The notes beneath the pieces were generated by a model, which saw nothing but the letters and a program-made list of their open reading frames with translations, searched no databases and had not been told where the DNA came from. Below are positions 12,851 to 25,575 of a DNA stretch of 64,000 nt, in pieces; position 1 is the stretch's first letter, and every line of letters begins with the position of its first letter. The translations under genes were made by a program, and so were the position numbers. The DNA is from Camelus ferus (Eukaryota). The stretch is from positions 9,116,001 through 9,180,000 of the forward strand of contig NC_045696.1 of the NCBI RefSeq assembly GCF_009834535.1. The letters run 5' to 3'.

Positions 12851-13268
12851 CGTTTTAGTGTCTCAGTCTGCTGGAGCAGATTACCACACACGCAGTGGTT
12901 TAAAACAACAGAAATGTGTTGTTTCTGAGTTCTAGAAGCTAGAAATCCAAAGTCAAGGTGTCGGCAGAACTGTGTTCCCTCCTGAGGCTCTAGGAAAGGG
13001 TCCTTCCTTGCCTCTGGTGGCTCCCAGTGCCCCAATGCTCCGTAAATTGTAGCTGCATCGCCCCGCTCTCTGTCTCTGTCTTTTCCCTGCATTCTCCCGT
13101 GTATCTGCGTGGCTGTCCTCTTCTTACAAGGACACCGTCATTAAATTAAGAGCCCATCATCATCTGGTGTGACCTCATCTAACTTTAATCACATCCACAA
13201 AGATCTGATTTCCAAACAAAATCATATTCTGAGGTTCTGGGTGGACACGACTCTTGGGGGACACAACA
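12851..13268 (-). mobile_element. MaLR solo LTR (MLT1B/C-like)
   Basis: attaccacac...ggtttaaaacaacagaaatgt...gttctagaagctagaaatccaaagtcaaggtgtcggcag...ttctgaggttctgggtggacac. Confidence 0.85.
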
Positions 13269-15172
13269 GGGATCATGGCTCTCTGTCTTTCACATGCCAC
13301 TCCCAGCCCCAGCATGCAGCGCTAGTCATCCTTGATTTTGGAGCCTCTTCCACAGACTGGAACCTTGGTGCTTAGTGTTGAATCCCGACCTTTCAGCTTT
13401 CGTGTCTGAGAAAACAAAAGGTGCCAGCCTGGGGCACACGACAGGCATGGTCTGACAGAAAGAGCGCCGGATGTCCATGGGGGGAGATCTTGAAGGTGGA
13501 AGGCAGGCGGCACCCGGTCTGCAGAGTCTGGCCAAAGAGTTCTATCCTGATAGACCAGCAGACACAGTTCTCAAAAACTGTTTGTTACACCCGATGCCCC
13601 ATCACTGGGGAAGGAAATGCTGATTGCAGTAAAATGACAGTAATAATATAGTAAAGGTTAATACCATATGATTGAATAAGACACGTGTTTACCCCATACA
13701 TAGTAGTCTCTGCCCATATGAGAGAAAGGAAGATAGACTCACTCAGGAACATGGAAGGAATTCCCCTAAGGAATCCCAAGGACCGCCCCTCCACCCCTGC
13801 CAGCTTTTGGAGCAGGGAATCACCATGGGGGTTGAGAAACCGTTGGCCTTGGACTTTCAATGCTCACCAAGGGCTATTAGATTCTAGAGCAAAAATGGTA
13901 CCATTTCCAAGAGCTTACATTCCAGAATGTTCCTCCATCCACAGCCTCCATTTCTTCCCATCTACCTTCCTCACCCCTACAGCATGGTGACCCCAGATGT
14001 CGCCAGCCACCTCTGCTCTCAAGCCAGTCAGCACCTTGATCATCATCGTCCCCTACAACGGGCCTGACTCTATACTCCGTCATTCCCTGGAGGTCTCACC
14101 AACACCAGTAGCTCCCATTCCCATCAATCCTCTTGCAAGACCCTGTGATTGGACCATGGGGCAACGAAGGGCTTTCAACCCATTATTCACATGAAATCCC
14201 TTCCACCTTTCGGCCGGGTTCTGAGCCCCTCCCCTCGGCTACTTACACAGAGTATCTGTGATAAGCTACCACCCCTGTGGAAACCCCACGACACACTTTC
14301 TCTGCTTTCACTCTAAGTCTTCCAAGTACCGTTGGAATCACAAAACCGCTTGGACCCAATGTTTTTATTCTAACCTGTGTATCATCTTCTCAGACTTTCC
14401 AACTTCCCTATTTGTGGCAGCGAGCCCTTAATCAACAGGGCTCAAATTTCATACATGACTTGGATGCCCTCAGCCTTCGCCTCCATGCCCAGCCATGGCT
14501 AAGTTGTATTCACTCTGCCTCCATAATATTTCTAAAAACCCACCCCTGGCTACCCAAAACTCAGGTGTATTGTGGGTCCAGAACACAAGAGAGATTGTGT
14601 GCATGAGACAAGACAGTAAGAAGACTGTGCACCATCATATTTAATGTAATTGGCATTTACTTTACACCCAGAAGGCACGTGGCACGTTATGAGATGTTTT
14701 GACAAGCAAGAGTCCCACATGTTGGTAACATATCAAAAAGTGAGTGATTTAGTGGTAGTTGTACTAGTAAATTTATTTTAGTATTTGTTAGTAGTTGTCA
14801 TAATACTAAATTTAGCCGGCTTTTATTTTATCCCAATTTTTAAAAGTCTACCAAGAGTTTTAGAGAAGTAAAAGCCATTGTTTCTCGAAAGAATGACTCA
14901 TTTTGTCTTTTAGCTTAGCGCTTCCTGTGATTCGCGTCACCACCAGAGCTTCTAACGCTTAACCTTCCTAGAAGTCATACTGAAAGACAAGACAGATGTT
15001 TGGGGCATGATTTGGGATGTCCAGTAAAACCTTAATCTTCCAAAAATTCAACTTCGAGCACTTGCTGGTTGACAACCTGCACATTTAGTGCCTTCTGTTG
15101 GGTGTGGGGAAAAGCCACAGAGGACATAGAACTAAGGTGCTTGGAATGTTCCTGAAAAATCACCTGGGAAAC

Positions 15173-15395
15173 AGCTTAGTGAAGTAGACTTTGGAGCATG
15201 CAAATCTGGCTTCAGATCTTGGTTCTGCCACCTGTTGGCTGTGAGATCTTGAGGAATGGCTTCACGACTCTGAGTTCATTTCCTATTTTAAAACAATATG
15301 GATAATATTATCACAGAGTTTTCATGAGGCTAGATTTTTTTTTAATCATAAAGAAGGAAAAATTGACAAGGCTAAGAGTCTAGTGCATAATAGCT
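15173..15395 (+). mobile_element. MIR SINE
   Basis: gactttggagc...tcttggttctgccacc...gctgtgagatcttg...ctctgagttcatttcc follows the MIR head/core layout. Confidence 0.65.
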
Positions 15396-15407
15396 TTCCC
15401 AACTTAA

Positions 15408-15459
<52 letters not shown>
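15408..15459. repeat. Compound (TC)n(CA)19 microsatellite
   Basis: Directly visible. Confidence 0.97.
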
Positions 15460-15465
<6 letters not shown>

Positions 15466-17425
15466 CTTCTAACTTGATAACTGAACCTTGCACTGACCCT
15501 GGGACCCTCATAAGAGCTACACTTTCATCAACAGTAAACTCATTTTACTTAACATCCGGTATCAGTGGTATTTCCATTGGGTAGATTGGATTTAAAAGTC
15601 TGTCTCTAAAAGAGTTCTCTACACTTTGTATGTGACAAAAGAGACTTTCAATTCTCAGTGGGAGGTGGGGCAGCAATGTATAGTTACAACAATTTGAGGA
15701 GATAAGCACTAATGTACTTGTGATAAAGGAATGGAACCAGGCACTCAGTGAAGGTGGACAAAAGGAAGCCCCTTCAGTCCAAGTGCAGCCCTCAGCCCCC
15801 TCACGTCCTAATGAATGTGCCCAGCTTACCGTCAGCCTCCCACACTTCAGCTTCCCTTTACAGCTGCGTGTTTAGCAGCTGTTCTAAGACCCATTCTTTC
15901 AGGTTTCTGTTCAAACATCAGCCCCATGTAAACAAGAGAAATTTGAAATGGCGGCTCCCACTGCGCTGATAGCAATGACCTACGAATACCCAAAAAACAG
16001 GTCTCAGGACATGTTCACTGCTAAGGAAACAGACGCAGCCATTGTGAAAATTAAAGCCCTACTGTTATGGTGAATAGAAACTTAAAACAAAAACAGTTCA
16101 TCATTGGATAGTTTGGAACATCTAAATGATCAAACTAAATGGATCAAATGCACAAACAAGTAAAATTCACCATGCAAAATCAGTTATCAATATAGCAGGA
16201 AATAATATTCTTCTGAATTCCATGGCTCATGTGGGTCCAAATATTTGTAAAGTCTGCTTATTATTAAACCCATCAGTAATGCTGTGGTAGATATTAAGTT
16301 AAATATACTTCCAGGAGAAAAATATATCAATCCATTCTTGGGTGAGCTAAGACAATCCATGCAGAATCTATTCTTGGTGCCAGGGTCCAAAGTTTCCATA
16401 TTTTTATTGGTTTATTGCTTATTGTTAATGGGAAGTTTAAATAGTTCTGTTACAGTTTTTCACATCTAATTTTCTGTGGGAAATCAGAGAAGTATTACTG
16501 TGTCTCAGTTATCCTAAACAACAGATTTGTCATTTTGTCACCACCAGAATTAAATGTGTGGCCCAGGTTTGTGTGGCCAGAACAGGGATGTCGAGAGGAA
16601 GCAAGTATCTATGGTTTTTCACATCAAATTGACATAGAAGTCAAGGATGTCAAAACTCACTCCCGAAGAAATGTTAGTAAAGCAACTTTCTCATATTTAG
16701 ACCCTCATCTGCTGTGCATCTCAACAGGGTCTTTCTACAAACTCTTCATCTTCCTCTTTGGTATTTTAGTCTCTTAATCATTTTAAGTCAACGATTCATA
16801 GCTGACAGTTCTGCTGATAAAGTACCTTTATAATGATAGGCTTGGTGTTTAAATTTCCGCCTACGTCTTCTCTAAGTTGATGACCTAATTGTAGCTGATC
16901 CTTCCAGCAGAAATACTCACTTGTTAACCTCAAGTTATTTCTGGGCACAGTTGAAATAAAACAAATTGCTTTTTAAGCTTACGATTCCAAATTCTGTGTC
17001 TTATTTTCCATTTCTCCCTGTCCATTTTTCCATGTAGGTTTTATCTGCTACCTATAAACCGTGAAAAACAAATTATTCCATTCAAAGCTTTGGAAAGGGC
17101 TGTTCGCTGGCACAAAATCACATTGTCTGAAACTTTTTCTCGTTCTGAATTTCTGGAAGGGAAATCCTCCTTATGAGAAGACTTAACTTTCCATCAGTAA
17201 TGGGAAAAACTGTTTCTCCCGGGATCATGGAGGTAGCTTTAGAAGAGAAAACACAGCAGAAATAAAAATCAGCATGACTGATTTTTAGTCCAAGTCTGTT
17301 TCTTGAGTGATGTTGGTCCTTATTCTGCCTGTGAGATGGAAATAAAGGAAGAAGGACATTGAAAGAAGTGTGGGCCGAACAGTACCAATCTTTTTGGAAA
17401 TTGTTGTTTCAATTGTCTGCTATTT

Positions 17426-17947
17426 TTTTTAATTTTTTTCTTATTGAGGTATAGTTAGTTTACAATGTTGTGTCAGTTCCTGGTGTACTGCACAATTCTT
17501 CAGTCATACATGAATATACATATATTCATTTTCATATTCTTTTTCACTGTAAGCTATGACAAGATATTGGATATAGTTCCCTGTGCTATACAGTAAAAAC
17601 TTATTTATATACTTTGTATACACCAGTCAGTATCTGCAAATCTCGAACTTCCAATTTATCCCTTCCCACTCTCCTCCCCCTTGGCATCCACAAGTCTGTA
17701 TTCTATGTCTGTGAATCTGTTTCTGTTTTATATATAAGTTCAATTGTCTTTTTTTTTTTTAGATTCCATATATGAGTAATATCACATGATATTTTTCTTT
17801 CTCTTTCTGGCTTCCTTCACTTAGAATGACATTCTCCAGGGCCATCCATGTTGCTGCAAATGGCATTATTTTATCATTTTTATGGTTGAGTAGTATTCCA
17901 TTGTATAAATATAGCACAACTTCTTTATCCAGTCATCTGTCGATCCA
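17426..17947 (-). mobile_element. 5'-truncated young L1 (3' UTR) with 16-bp TSD
   Basis: PolyT head then antisense L1 3' UTR; TSD caattgtctgctattt (17410-17425) vs caattgtgtgctattt (17948-17963). Confidence 0.93.
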
Positions 17948-18334
17948 CAATTGTGTGCTATTTAAATGCCACCCTGGCAACCTGAAACAATACCCACCTT
18001 TCATATCTTCAAAGCAGAGTTCCTGGACCCCGTCTGTGTTTGGCTCCCAACATTGCCTGCTCTTTATGCGGTGATCACCTAGCTTGGCTTATGCCCATTG
18101 TCCCGGTGTAGTTCTTAGTTATAGCATCTCCATACAAGCTGAAAAGTAGGCTGTTTTGATGACGTTCTGTGAGCCCCTCCTTTCCATGACTTACCCCTAG
18201 GTGTTTGCAAGATGCCTCATTTAGAAAGAAACTAACAAGATGAAATGGTTTCAGAGAACTTAGCTCCCATGTGCTTATGAAGAGGCAGAGACCCACAGGG
18301 GTTCAAGACCTGCCCCTCAGTAACAAAGCCAGGG

Positions 18335-18560
18335 TCAAAGTAGTAACAGCAGATATTTGCGAGGCATTTATGTCAAGTCAGGCACTCTCCTAAATCCTTT
18401 CTGTACACTGACTCATTTAATCCTGACAACAACCTGCGGGGTAGGTGTTATTATTACTCCATCTCACAGCAAGCAGCTTGTCCCACACCTGCACCAGTGG
18501 ACGGCAGGGCTGTGCTGGGAGCCAGGCCGCCTGGTTCTAGAGTCTGGTGACTCCACCCCC
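18335..18560 (-). mobile_element. MIR SINE
   Basis: atttatgtcaagtcaggcactctcctaaa...ctcatttaatcctgacaacaacctgcggggtaggtgttattattactccat. Confidence 0.75.
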
Positions 18561-21095
18561 CGCCCCGCCATGCAGAGCCAGCTCTTCTGACTCTTGGTCC
18601 TGCCCTGTGCTCTGTATTACGTTGCTTTTGGACCAAGGAGAGAAAGACTTAGCCCAATTTTTCCAGGTTGATATTTTTCTATGACTGTGAACATCATCCG
18701 GGTGCTACCGAAGGCACTTAAAAACAGAGGTGGCTTCAAAACAGACAGCACGGAGACTTAGCAGAAAAGATGTGTGTTTTCGGGGAAGATCATCAAGTGG
18801 AGCAGCAGGTACAGGAGCACTAACAACCAGTCAGAAAGGAAGGCAGCAAGAAGGTGTCGTATGTGTATCGGGCCACCCCCTGTCGGACTGGCTGAACAGC
18901 AGCCCTCTGGTTTTCATGTTAGCATTTGTTTGTCAAGATCTGCCTGAATGAGGTCATAGCCCCTCCCAACCACGTACCTGCCTATACAATTCTCCTTGAA
19001 GAGCATCTGGTAAAGCACCCACAGAAAGATTTTTCCTAATATTGTTTGATGATGATGATAGAGAGTGATTGCATTGACCCCTGAGTTGCCAACCTATGCC
19101 AAAAAAAAAAAAAAAAAAATGCATTGGCCGTAAAGACTGTGACTTACAGGAAAAAATTAAGGTTTACAGCATATAAAGTTTAAGGGCAAAAGAAAACCTG
19201 GAAAGAATCTTTCTCTCATTCCATGGACTGTGCGGGTCACAGGTGATACTCTGGAACTTGGGCGTGGGAATATAGACAGCATCGTTGAGCCTCCGCGGCT
19301 CGCAGTTAGCTATGCACGGCTGGAGGCTTCAGGGCTCAGACCCTGCTAGAGAGAGTGGAAACCACGATGGCGCTTGGCTCTTTCCAACTCATGGGAGAAC
19401 ATCTGTCTCCAAAAAGATCCGAGGAGCTCACCTAGCCTCGGATGAATAATGGTGTTGTTTTTGTCAGAGAACTCTGGCCGGAGAGACCCCGTGCCCACCT
19501 ACAAACTCCTTTTTGAGTCCACATGGCTTAGGAAGACATGCTTCAGTATCAGAAAAAGGAGGCTTCAAGCATGCGGAAGGTTTAAATAATAAATCAGCCC
19601 CCACTTTATCAGCAGAACCAGCAGAAACATCAGACCATCCCTTAAGTACCCTCTACAGCTGTTCTTAAATACTGCCGTTTCCTAGCCCTGATCTGGCCCA
19701 CAAAATGAGCAGCAAATGTTGAAAAGTGTAATGCTATTTAACCAGGAAACACACAGCTACGAAATATGTGAAGCTGTGGTAGACGAGTTTAAAAAAAGAA
19801 AAAAATCTTCCAATAAAGTAATGTTCTCCCAGGGACATCTTGTTATTCTAGTAAAAAAAAAAAATAGAACCTCCAGTTTGACAATATTTTCTCTTCCTGT
19901 GAAAGTACAAACAACAGCACAATAAAACTGGGCTTCTTGTCCTATGCTTGAGGTAGAAAGGAGAGCCAGTAACATTGCAGAGCTTCAGAAGGATATTACA
20001 TTGATGACCGCTTTCATGCTGTGTTTTGTGGGACTTACAGCATTTTCTTGACTTCCCCACTGCCATCACTTGGTAAAAAAAAAAAAAAAAAAAAAAAAAG
20101 TTATTTTATAGGAAGACCTGGCAGCAAAAGGGAAGCAGAATCAACCAACATGTTATTGACCATGATGCTCCAGTCAGATTGCCCTCCCTGACCGTTCTCT
20201 GCATTCTCCCTCTGATCTTTACAGTTAACCCCTCAGGTGGCATCTCTGACAACTGTCAGCCTAACAGGCTTGGAGACTGTTTCTCTCCTCCCTTCTGTAA
20301 TACGGACTTCACCAGACATTAGCGCTTCCATTGTGTTTATGGAAACGGCGTGCCAAAGCAAGCTTGGGTCTACATCATGGCTTCCCAATGGGAGCAATAT
20401 GGAACCCAAGGGGACAGAGATTGGTTCTCAGGGGGTGAATAAAATTTTTGATATCACAATGGTTTGTGACCCTCCAAAACTCAATCCTACTTGACCAAAT
20501 CTTATCCTTTAGTGTTTTGTATCTCTCATTAGGGAGAATTTAAATTTAATTTCTTTTGTCTCTGGCAGGATGGAGGATGGGATAATAATGGGGGAAGAAG
20601 AAAGAGCCCATAAGTTTGGAGCTGTTTTTCAGTTTGGAAAAATAGGCAGTTGAGAATGTTTTCCTTCTAAATACATGCTAATAAATTCTAACTTCAAAGT
20701 GCAAACAAGAGCTTGATATTATTCGTAATTTCAAGTGTATCTCACTGTTGATCTCAAACAGTATATGGATGATGAGTTTTCCTTCAGTGGTTTTTTTTAA
20801 AGCCCAATTATTGAATTATTTCATCCTCATCTCAATTTCCAGTGAGACCCAAGTAATTCTCAGAATTAAATCATAGGCTTTTGCCTGCCTTTTGCCCTGA
20901 ATTTGTGAATTATCAACTCAAAGATATTCAATGACTTTCCTCTGCAGGTGGAATAAAAGTCATTGGTCGTAAAACCAAGACCCTCTGAGATTTAGTTCCA
21001 ACCTTTCCATCCAAAGTTATTTTCCTCAGCTCTCCTTTATAACCCACACTTCAACCACAAAACCTCTGATTTCTGTGAGTTTACCCACCCTGTTT

Positions 21096-21158
21096 CCCCC
21101 CATGACTATCCTTCCCTTTCACCCAAACCCCCCATGACTATCCTTCCCTTTCACCCAA
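21096..21158. repeat. Two-copy 32-bp tandem duplication
   Basis: ccccccatgactatccttccctttcacccaa occurs at 21096 and 21128. Confidence 0.95.
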
Positions 21159-21199
21159 CTACTCTTTGGGGTCCAAAATGTCCCTGTTTTCACCAAGAG

Positions 21200-21245
21200 T
21201 TTTTCTAGCTTTATTGAGATACAATTGACATATGATATGGTGTAT
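21200..21245 (-). mobile_element. Very short L1 tail remnant
   Basis: ttttctagctttattgagatacaattgacatat is an antisense L1M terminus. Confidence 0.55.
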
Positions 21246-21489
21246 GGAAGTGAGCACTCCTCTCCTCTGAACTCAGACATTTGCCATCTGGACAACTCTT
21301 ATGACACAGCGTTTTCCACTACGTGCTATGGTTTTAGGTATATATTTTGAATCTTTCTTCAAGTTAAAGGCTCTTGGAGGACAGACCTTTGGGCTATTTC
21401 TAAGCAACATGATACAATAGGAAGACCTAGAGGAAGACCTGGGTGCAACATTTGCCCCTCCCACTTCTTGGCTGGGTCTGCCTACTGTT

Positions 21490-21625
21490 ACGCTTGCTTG
21501 CCTTCCCTTTTGGTATATGGGCAGTTTATCCAATCGCTCTGAGCCTAGTTTCCTCATCTGTAAAATACTGTGATACCTTGTGAGAATTTAAGCAGTTAAA
21601 GTACCCAACACAGAGTAGAAGTTTA
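21490..21625 (+). mobile_element. MIR SINE core
   Basis: gggcagtttatccaatcgctctgagcctagtttcctcatctgtaaaat. Confidence 0.75.
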
Positions 21626-23149
21626 AAGCAGGACATGCATACATGATGTCACAGCCTGTTGCTTAAAATGTTTTCTCCAAATATTTTAATGGCTGACCTG
21701 AAGAAACAGATTTATTAATGGACTGATTAGAAAATACAAGAGCAAGATAGGCTTTGCCTTTTTTGTATAGTGTTAAGAATTCTGCTCCTTTAAAGAAAAT
21801 CCCACTGAACTATTTAGTGTGCAGAAGATACTTTCCAGAAGAAACGTTGAAACAAAACAGGAGCAGACAGTAACACTGGAGAGTGGCGTGGCCCTTATAA
21901 ACCTAGCACTGTCTTTATCTGCACCAGATCTCATGCCACCTTTGTTTGATTCATTTTGCACCCCTCATCTGAACCCCAGATTTCAGATTTGGGAAACAAA
22001 ACCAAATGGATCATGAAACATAAAACAAGATCCAGCCAAACACAGAGAGCTCTCTCTGGCTTCAAGTCAAAACGTGGCTGAACCACAAAGCATCACCTGG
22101 TTTTGAGTAAAAACCACACTGAACCACCATTTTTTTTCATGGTTTCGGTTTGAAAATGGGGTTTCATGCAAAGCTTGCCCTAGTTTCAGAAGAGTTCCTT
22201 GGCAGAGTGCGGGCGAGCCTTCAGCTGGTACGGACTCTGTGTCATCAGCAGCCCCAGACACCTGCATGGAGGTGACTCTTCGTTCTGTCCTCTGAAGGTC
22301 CAGGTTTTGCACAGTCTTGCCCACGTGATCATTAAGATGGCAACCATCAGGCATATCAATAAGAAATACAATCAATTTGTTCATCTCTTTGTGCTTAGCT
22401 TTTATAAACACAGAGAAAAACAATTTTGAAAAGTGAATCAAAAAAGAGGTGGGATGGTCTAAAGTTTTATCTACACATGGAGGCAAAGAGAGGGTTTGAT
22501 GCAACTCCTTGGGTAATCCAGGCCAAAACTCCACATTCATTAGAAATACTGGGATAATAAATGCAGAGTGGCTTCTATGAGTATACAGAGGAATGGAACT
22601 GCTCAGTTTTCCCCTCTTGAAAAGAGGCTTAAAATCCTACTTAGAAGCTAACAGTGTCAGATGAGCCACTTGCCCTGGCGGGAGATGACATTTGGAAATA
22701 AGGTCTTATATGAAAGAACTCCAGGCTGCGTTCTCCATGACATTAAAGGAAGCCACCATTGTTCTCTCTGTAAATCAAGCTAGCACTTGGGATTTATAAG
22801 AGGATTGTAATGATGAATACACTGAAGAATAGATCGGATCTGTAATAAAGCATTTTTACATCAACAAATGCAAAATTTAAAAGAGTAACAATAAGAGAAA
22901 ATAAATGACTTGTTAGAAAGAGCTTGTATCTGTGTAATACTGTAAAATTCACATACAAAAAATTCCCACACATGACCACACTGGATCCAAGGGAAAAAAA
23001 GCACAGTCAATAATATACCTTTGGCATGATTATTGTACAGCAAAGGAGACGATCAAATGCACTACTCATTGCAATACAACATCACAAGAACCATGGTGGG
23101 GATATCTTCTAAGGAGTTAAGGGGCAGGAATTAAAGATCCCCACATCTG

Positions 23150-23470
23150 CTTCCTTTCTTTAGGCATAAGAATGCAGGACTGAAAGAAAGCTACTCTCTG
23201 GGAGATAGATCTAAGGGGAAAGAGACATAACATGGCAACATTCAATGAGACAGGGAAGCCATCCAAGTGATGCACTTGGTTTTGGATGTACTGGTTTTGA
23301 GGGTCCCATGAAATAAACAAATAGAGCTCTCAAGTGCCTCTGGAAAGTTAGGTATAGAAGTTCAGGGAAAGAGTTCTGGGCTGAAGACGTAGACTTGTGA
23401 GTCACTAACGTAAAGGTAGTAGGTCAGTGATACCTCCAGAGCGAGATGCTGAGGAAGAAGAGGTTAAAGG
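23150..23470 (-). mobile_element. L2 ORF2-region fragment
   Basis: gaagttcagggaaagagttctgggctgaagacgtagacttgtgagtcac; the minus-frame peptide STSSAQNSFPELL resembles L2 ORF2 'ISSPDLSPELQ'. Confidence 0.65.
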
Positions 23471-24702
23471 AAGTAATAGGAGCTTTGACCCGCACATCCC
23501 ACCCATGCAACTGGATGACACAAGACGTCTAAGAGAACGGGCCCAGTAAATAATGACTGTAGCCAAGGTCACACAGCACCAACTGAATGGGCCTTCCCAT
23601 CAGCCTGCAGAGCTGATCAGTGCAAAATCCCAAACCACTTTTTCCTTTAAGTAAAAAGTCATACCTCACTTATCCACCATAGGATAGTCTGTAGCAAATA
23701 GCAAACGAAACATAGAAACACCTGATTTGCATAAGAGATCAATCAAGTGTGATATTTATTTGTGATAGGATTCACAATGGAATTGTGTCAAATAGAAAAT
23801 GTCTCTAGTGATGGTAACACATAACTCATTTCACCCATCACAAAATAAACATTGCGTTTGCCCGCAAGGGGAACACAGGTGTGCTTTGGGCTATTTTCAT
23901 GTGTTTGCTTTTTAGGGCAATGCATATTATAAACTTCTTTAGGTGGACAATAAGTGAGTAAATAAATGGGCCACAGAACTGAGTTAAAACTTCTGTTTCT
24001 TTAATCACCATGGAATTGGAAGATAGTTTACTATAGAACATTGGTACAGAGGCAGGGACCAAAGGGACGTATCTCTAGATGAAAACTATTCATTCCAGGC
24101 CCCAGACATCATTGTTGAGCTCTCTAGTTCAATATTTCATTAATCACCTGGAAGTTGCAGCAATGGGCAATGAGATTTCCAGTTTCTCTATGAAAAATGA
24201 GCTTATCCAGGTGCCATATACATGGAATAAACTAGGTAAAGATCTGAGTAGTGAATATAAAAATGCCACATCAACTTAAATGTTGGCCTGTTATTGTGTT
24301 TAGGAGAAATTCTTCTGAGATATATTTAGAAAATTATAACCTCTAAGTGATCAGTTACAACCCTACAAAGGGTCATTAAAATCGTCCCAGAAAGCGTTCT
24401 TCCAGTGGAGACATCAGTGCAATGTTCTGTTCCATCCAGGCAGGCCACAGAAATCCTTCATAAGGAGCTGGTGAACCACACACCATGTTGTTATGCTTGT
24501 TCTGTGAAATATGTGGTCCTTGAGGTTTGATTGTTGCAATTCATGAGCCTCATAGAAGAACCATTTTTCTCTCCTCTGAACTACTGGAGTTTGCCTCCTT
24601 CTTTATGTTTGTTGATGCATGCATCTCCTTCTTCAACTCAGTGAAGGCAAGACATGCACCTTCCCTCTAACAAAGACCTTGCTCATAGTGTGCATCATAC
24701 CT

Positions 24703-24815
24703 AATGGATGATGGAAGGATGGATGGATAATTGGATGGATGGATGGGGTTGGCGGATGGATGGACTGATGGATAGATGCATAGATTGATGGGTGGATGAT
24801 GGTTGAATGGATGAA
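24703..24815. repeat. Degenerate (GGAT)n tract, probably an expanded L2 tail
   Basis: atggatgatggaaggatggatggataattggatggatggatgg... follows L2-like sequence at about 24560-24700. Confidence 0.85.
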
Positions 24816-25204
24816 GAGAGGGCTGGACAGTGGGTGGAAGGAAGAAAGGGTAACAAAAATTTTAAATGTGTGCCTGGAAGGTGATTAGAGCCATCAAGAT
24901 AATAAGGTATCTTTTATCTTAAGATAAAATAAAAGAGTTATCATTCTTTAAGCTGTAATGATTAAGAGGAAAGGATAAAGTTAACAAAGTTCCAAAGGTT
25001 TAGCCTTTCCTAGAGTCTCCTTATTGATCTGTTATCTAGAAATAAATCAAGAGAAGTTAAGGAATTTCAAGCTACATGCCACATCTCTTCAGTTCGGAGT
25101 CTTGGTTGGAAGCTACTATGTGTTCCACAAAATGTTCTTTGCTGGAAAAAAATTGACCCCACATTGTATTTCTTTTCTTCAGAGCTCCAGGGAGTGTAAA
25201 ACTA

Positions 25205-25400
25205 TGTTAATAAGTCAGTTCAGACTGTGGATAACCCATGTGGTATACATGAGCACCAGCTTTTTGGACAAGTTCTTCAGTCCCTCCTGAGCCTCAGTTT
25301 CCTCATGGGTAGGGTTGGAATAAATACATAATACCTAGCTCACCTTATAGGATGATGAAGATTGAGTGGGCTGATCTATGAAAAATTCTTAGTTTACACA
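25205..25400 (+). mobile_element. MIR SINE
   Basis: ttggacaagttcttcagtccctcctgagcctcagtttcctcat...aatacctagctcaccttataggatgatgaagattgag. Confidence 0.75.
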
Positions 25401-25455
25401 CAGCTGGTAAGCAATGGAGCTGGTACTGAAGTCCAGAATTATCTAACCCCTGAGA

Positions 25456-25575
25456 CTTTTTTTTAACTTTTTATTTTGAAATGAGTTGAATGTACAGGAA
25501 AGTTGCAAGAGTAGTACAAAGGACTTCTGCATACTCTTCACCCAGGATGGCTAACTGTTCACATCTTGATACATG
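25456..25575 (-). mobile_element. L1MC/ME-type 3' tail
   Basis: tttttaactttttattttgaaat...acaggaaagttgcaagagtagtacaaaggacttctgcatactcttcaccca. Confidence 0.7.

Noticed and set aside
14770..14815. Short AT-rich hairpin (tttagtatt...aatactaaa)
   Set aside because: Only a 9-bp low-complexity stem; too short for a pre-miRNA.
20947..21074. Plus-strand exon-like segment (ttcctctgcag...TCT|GTGAGT)
   Set aside because: Stops in all three frames and only a moderate donor; likely pseudo-exon.
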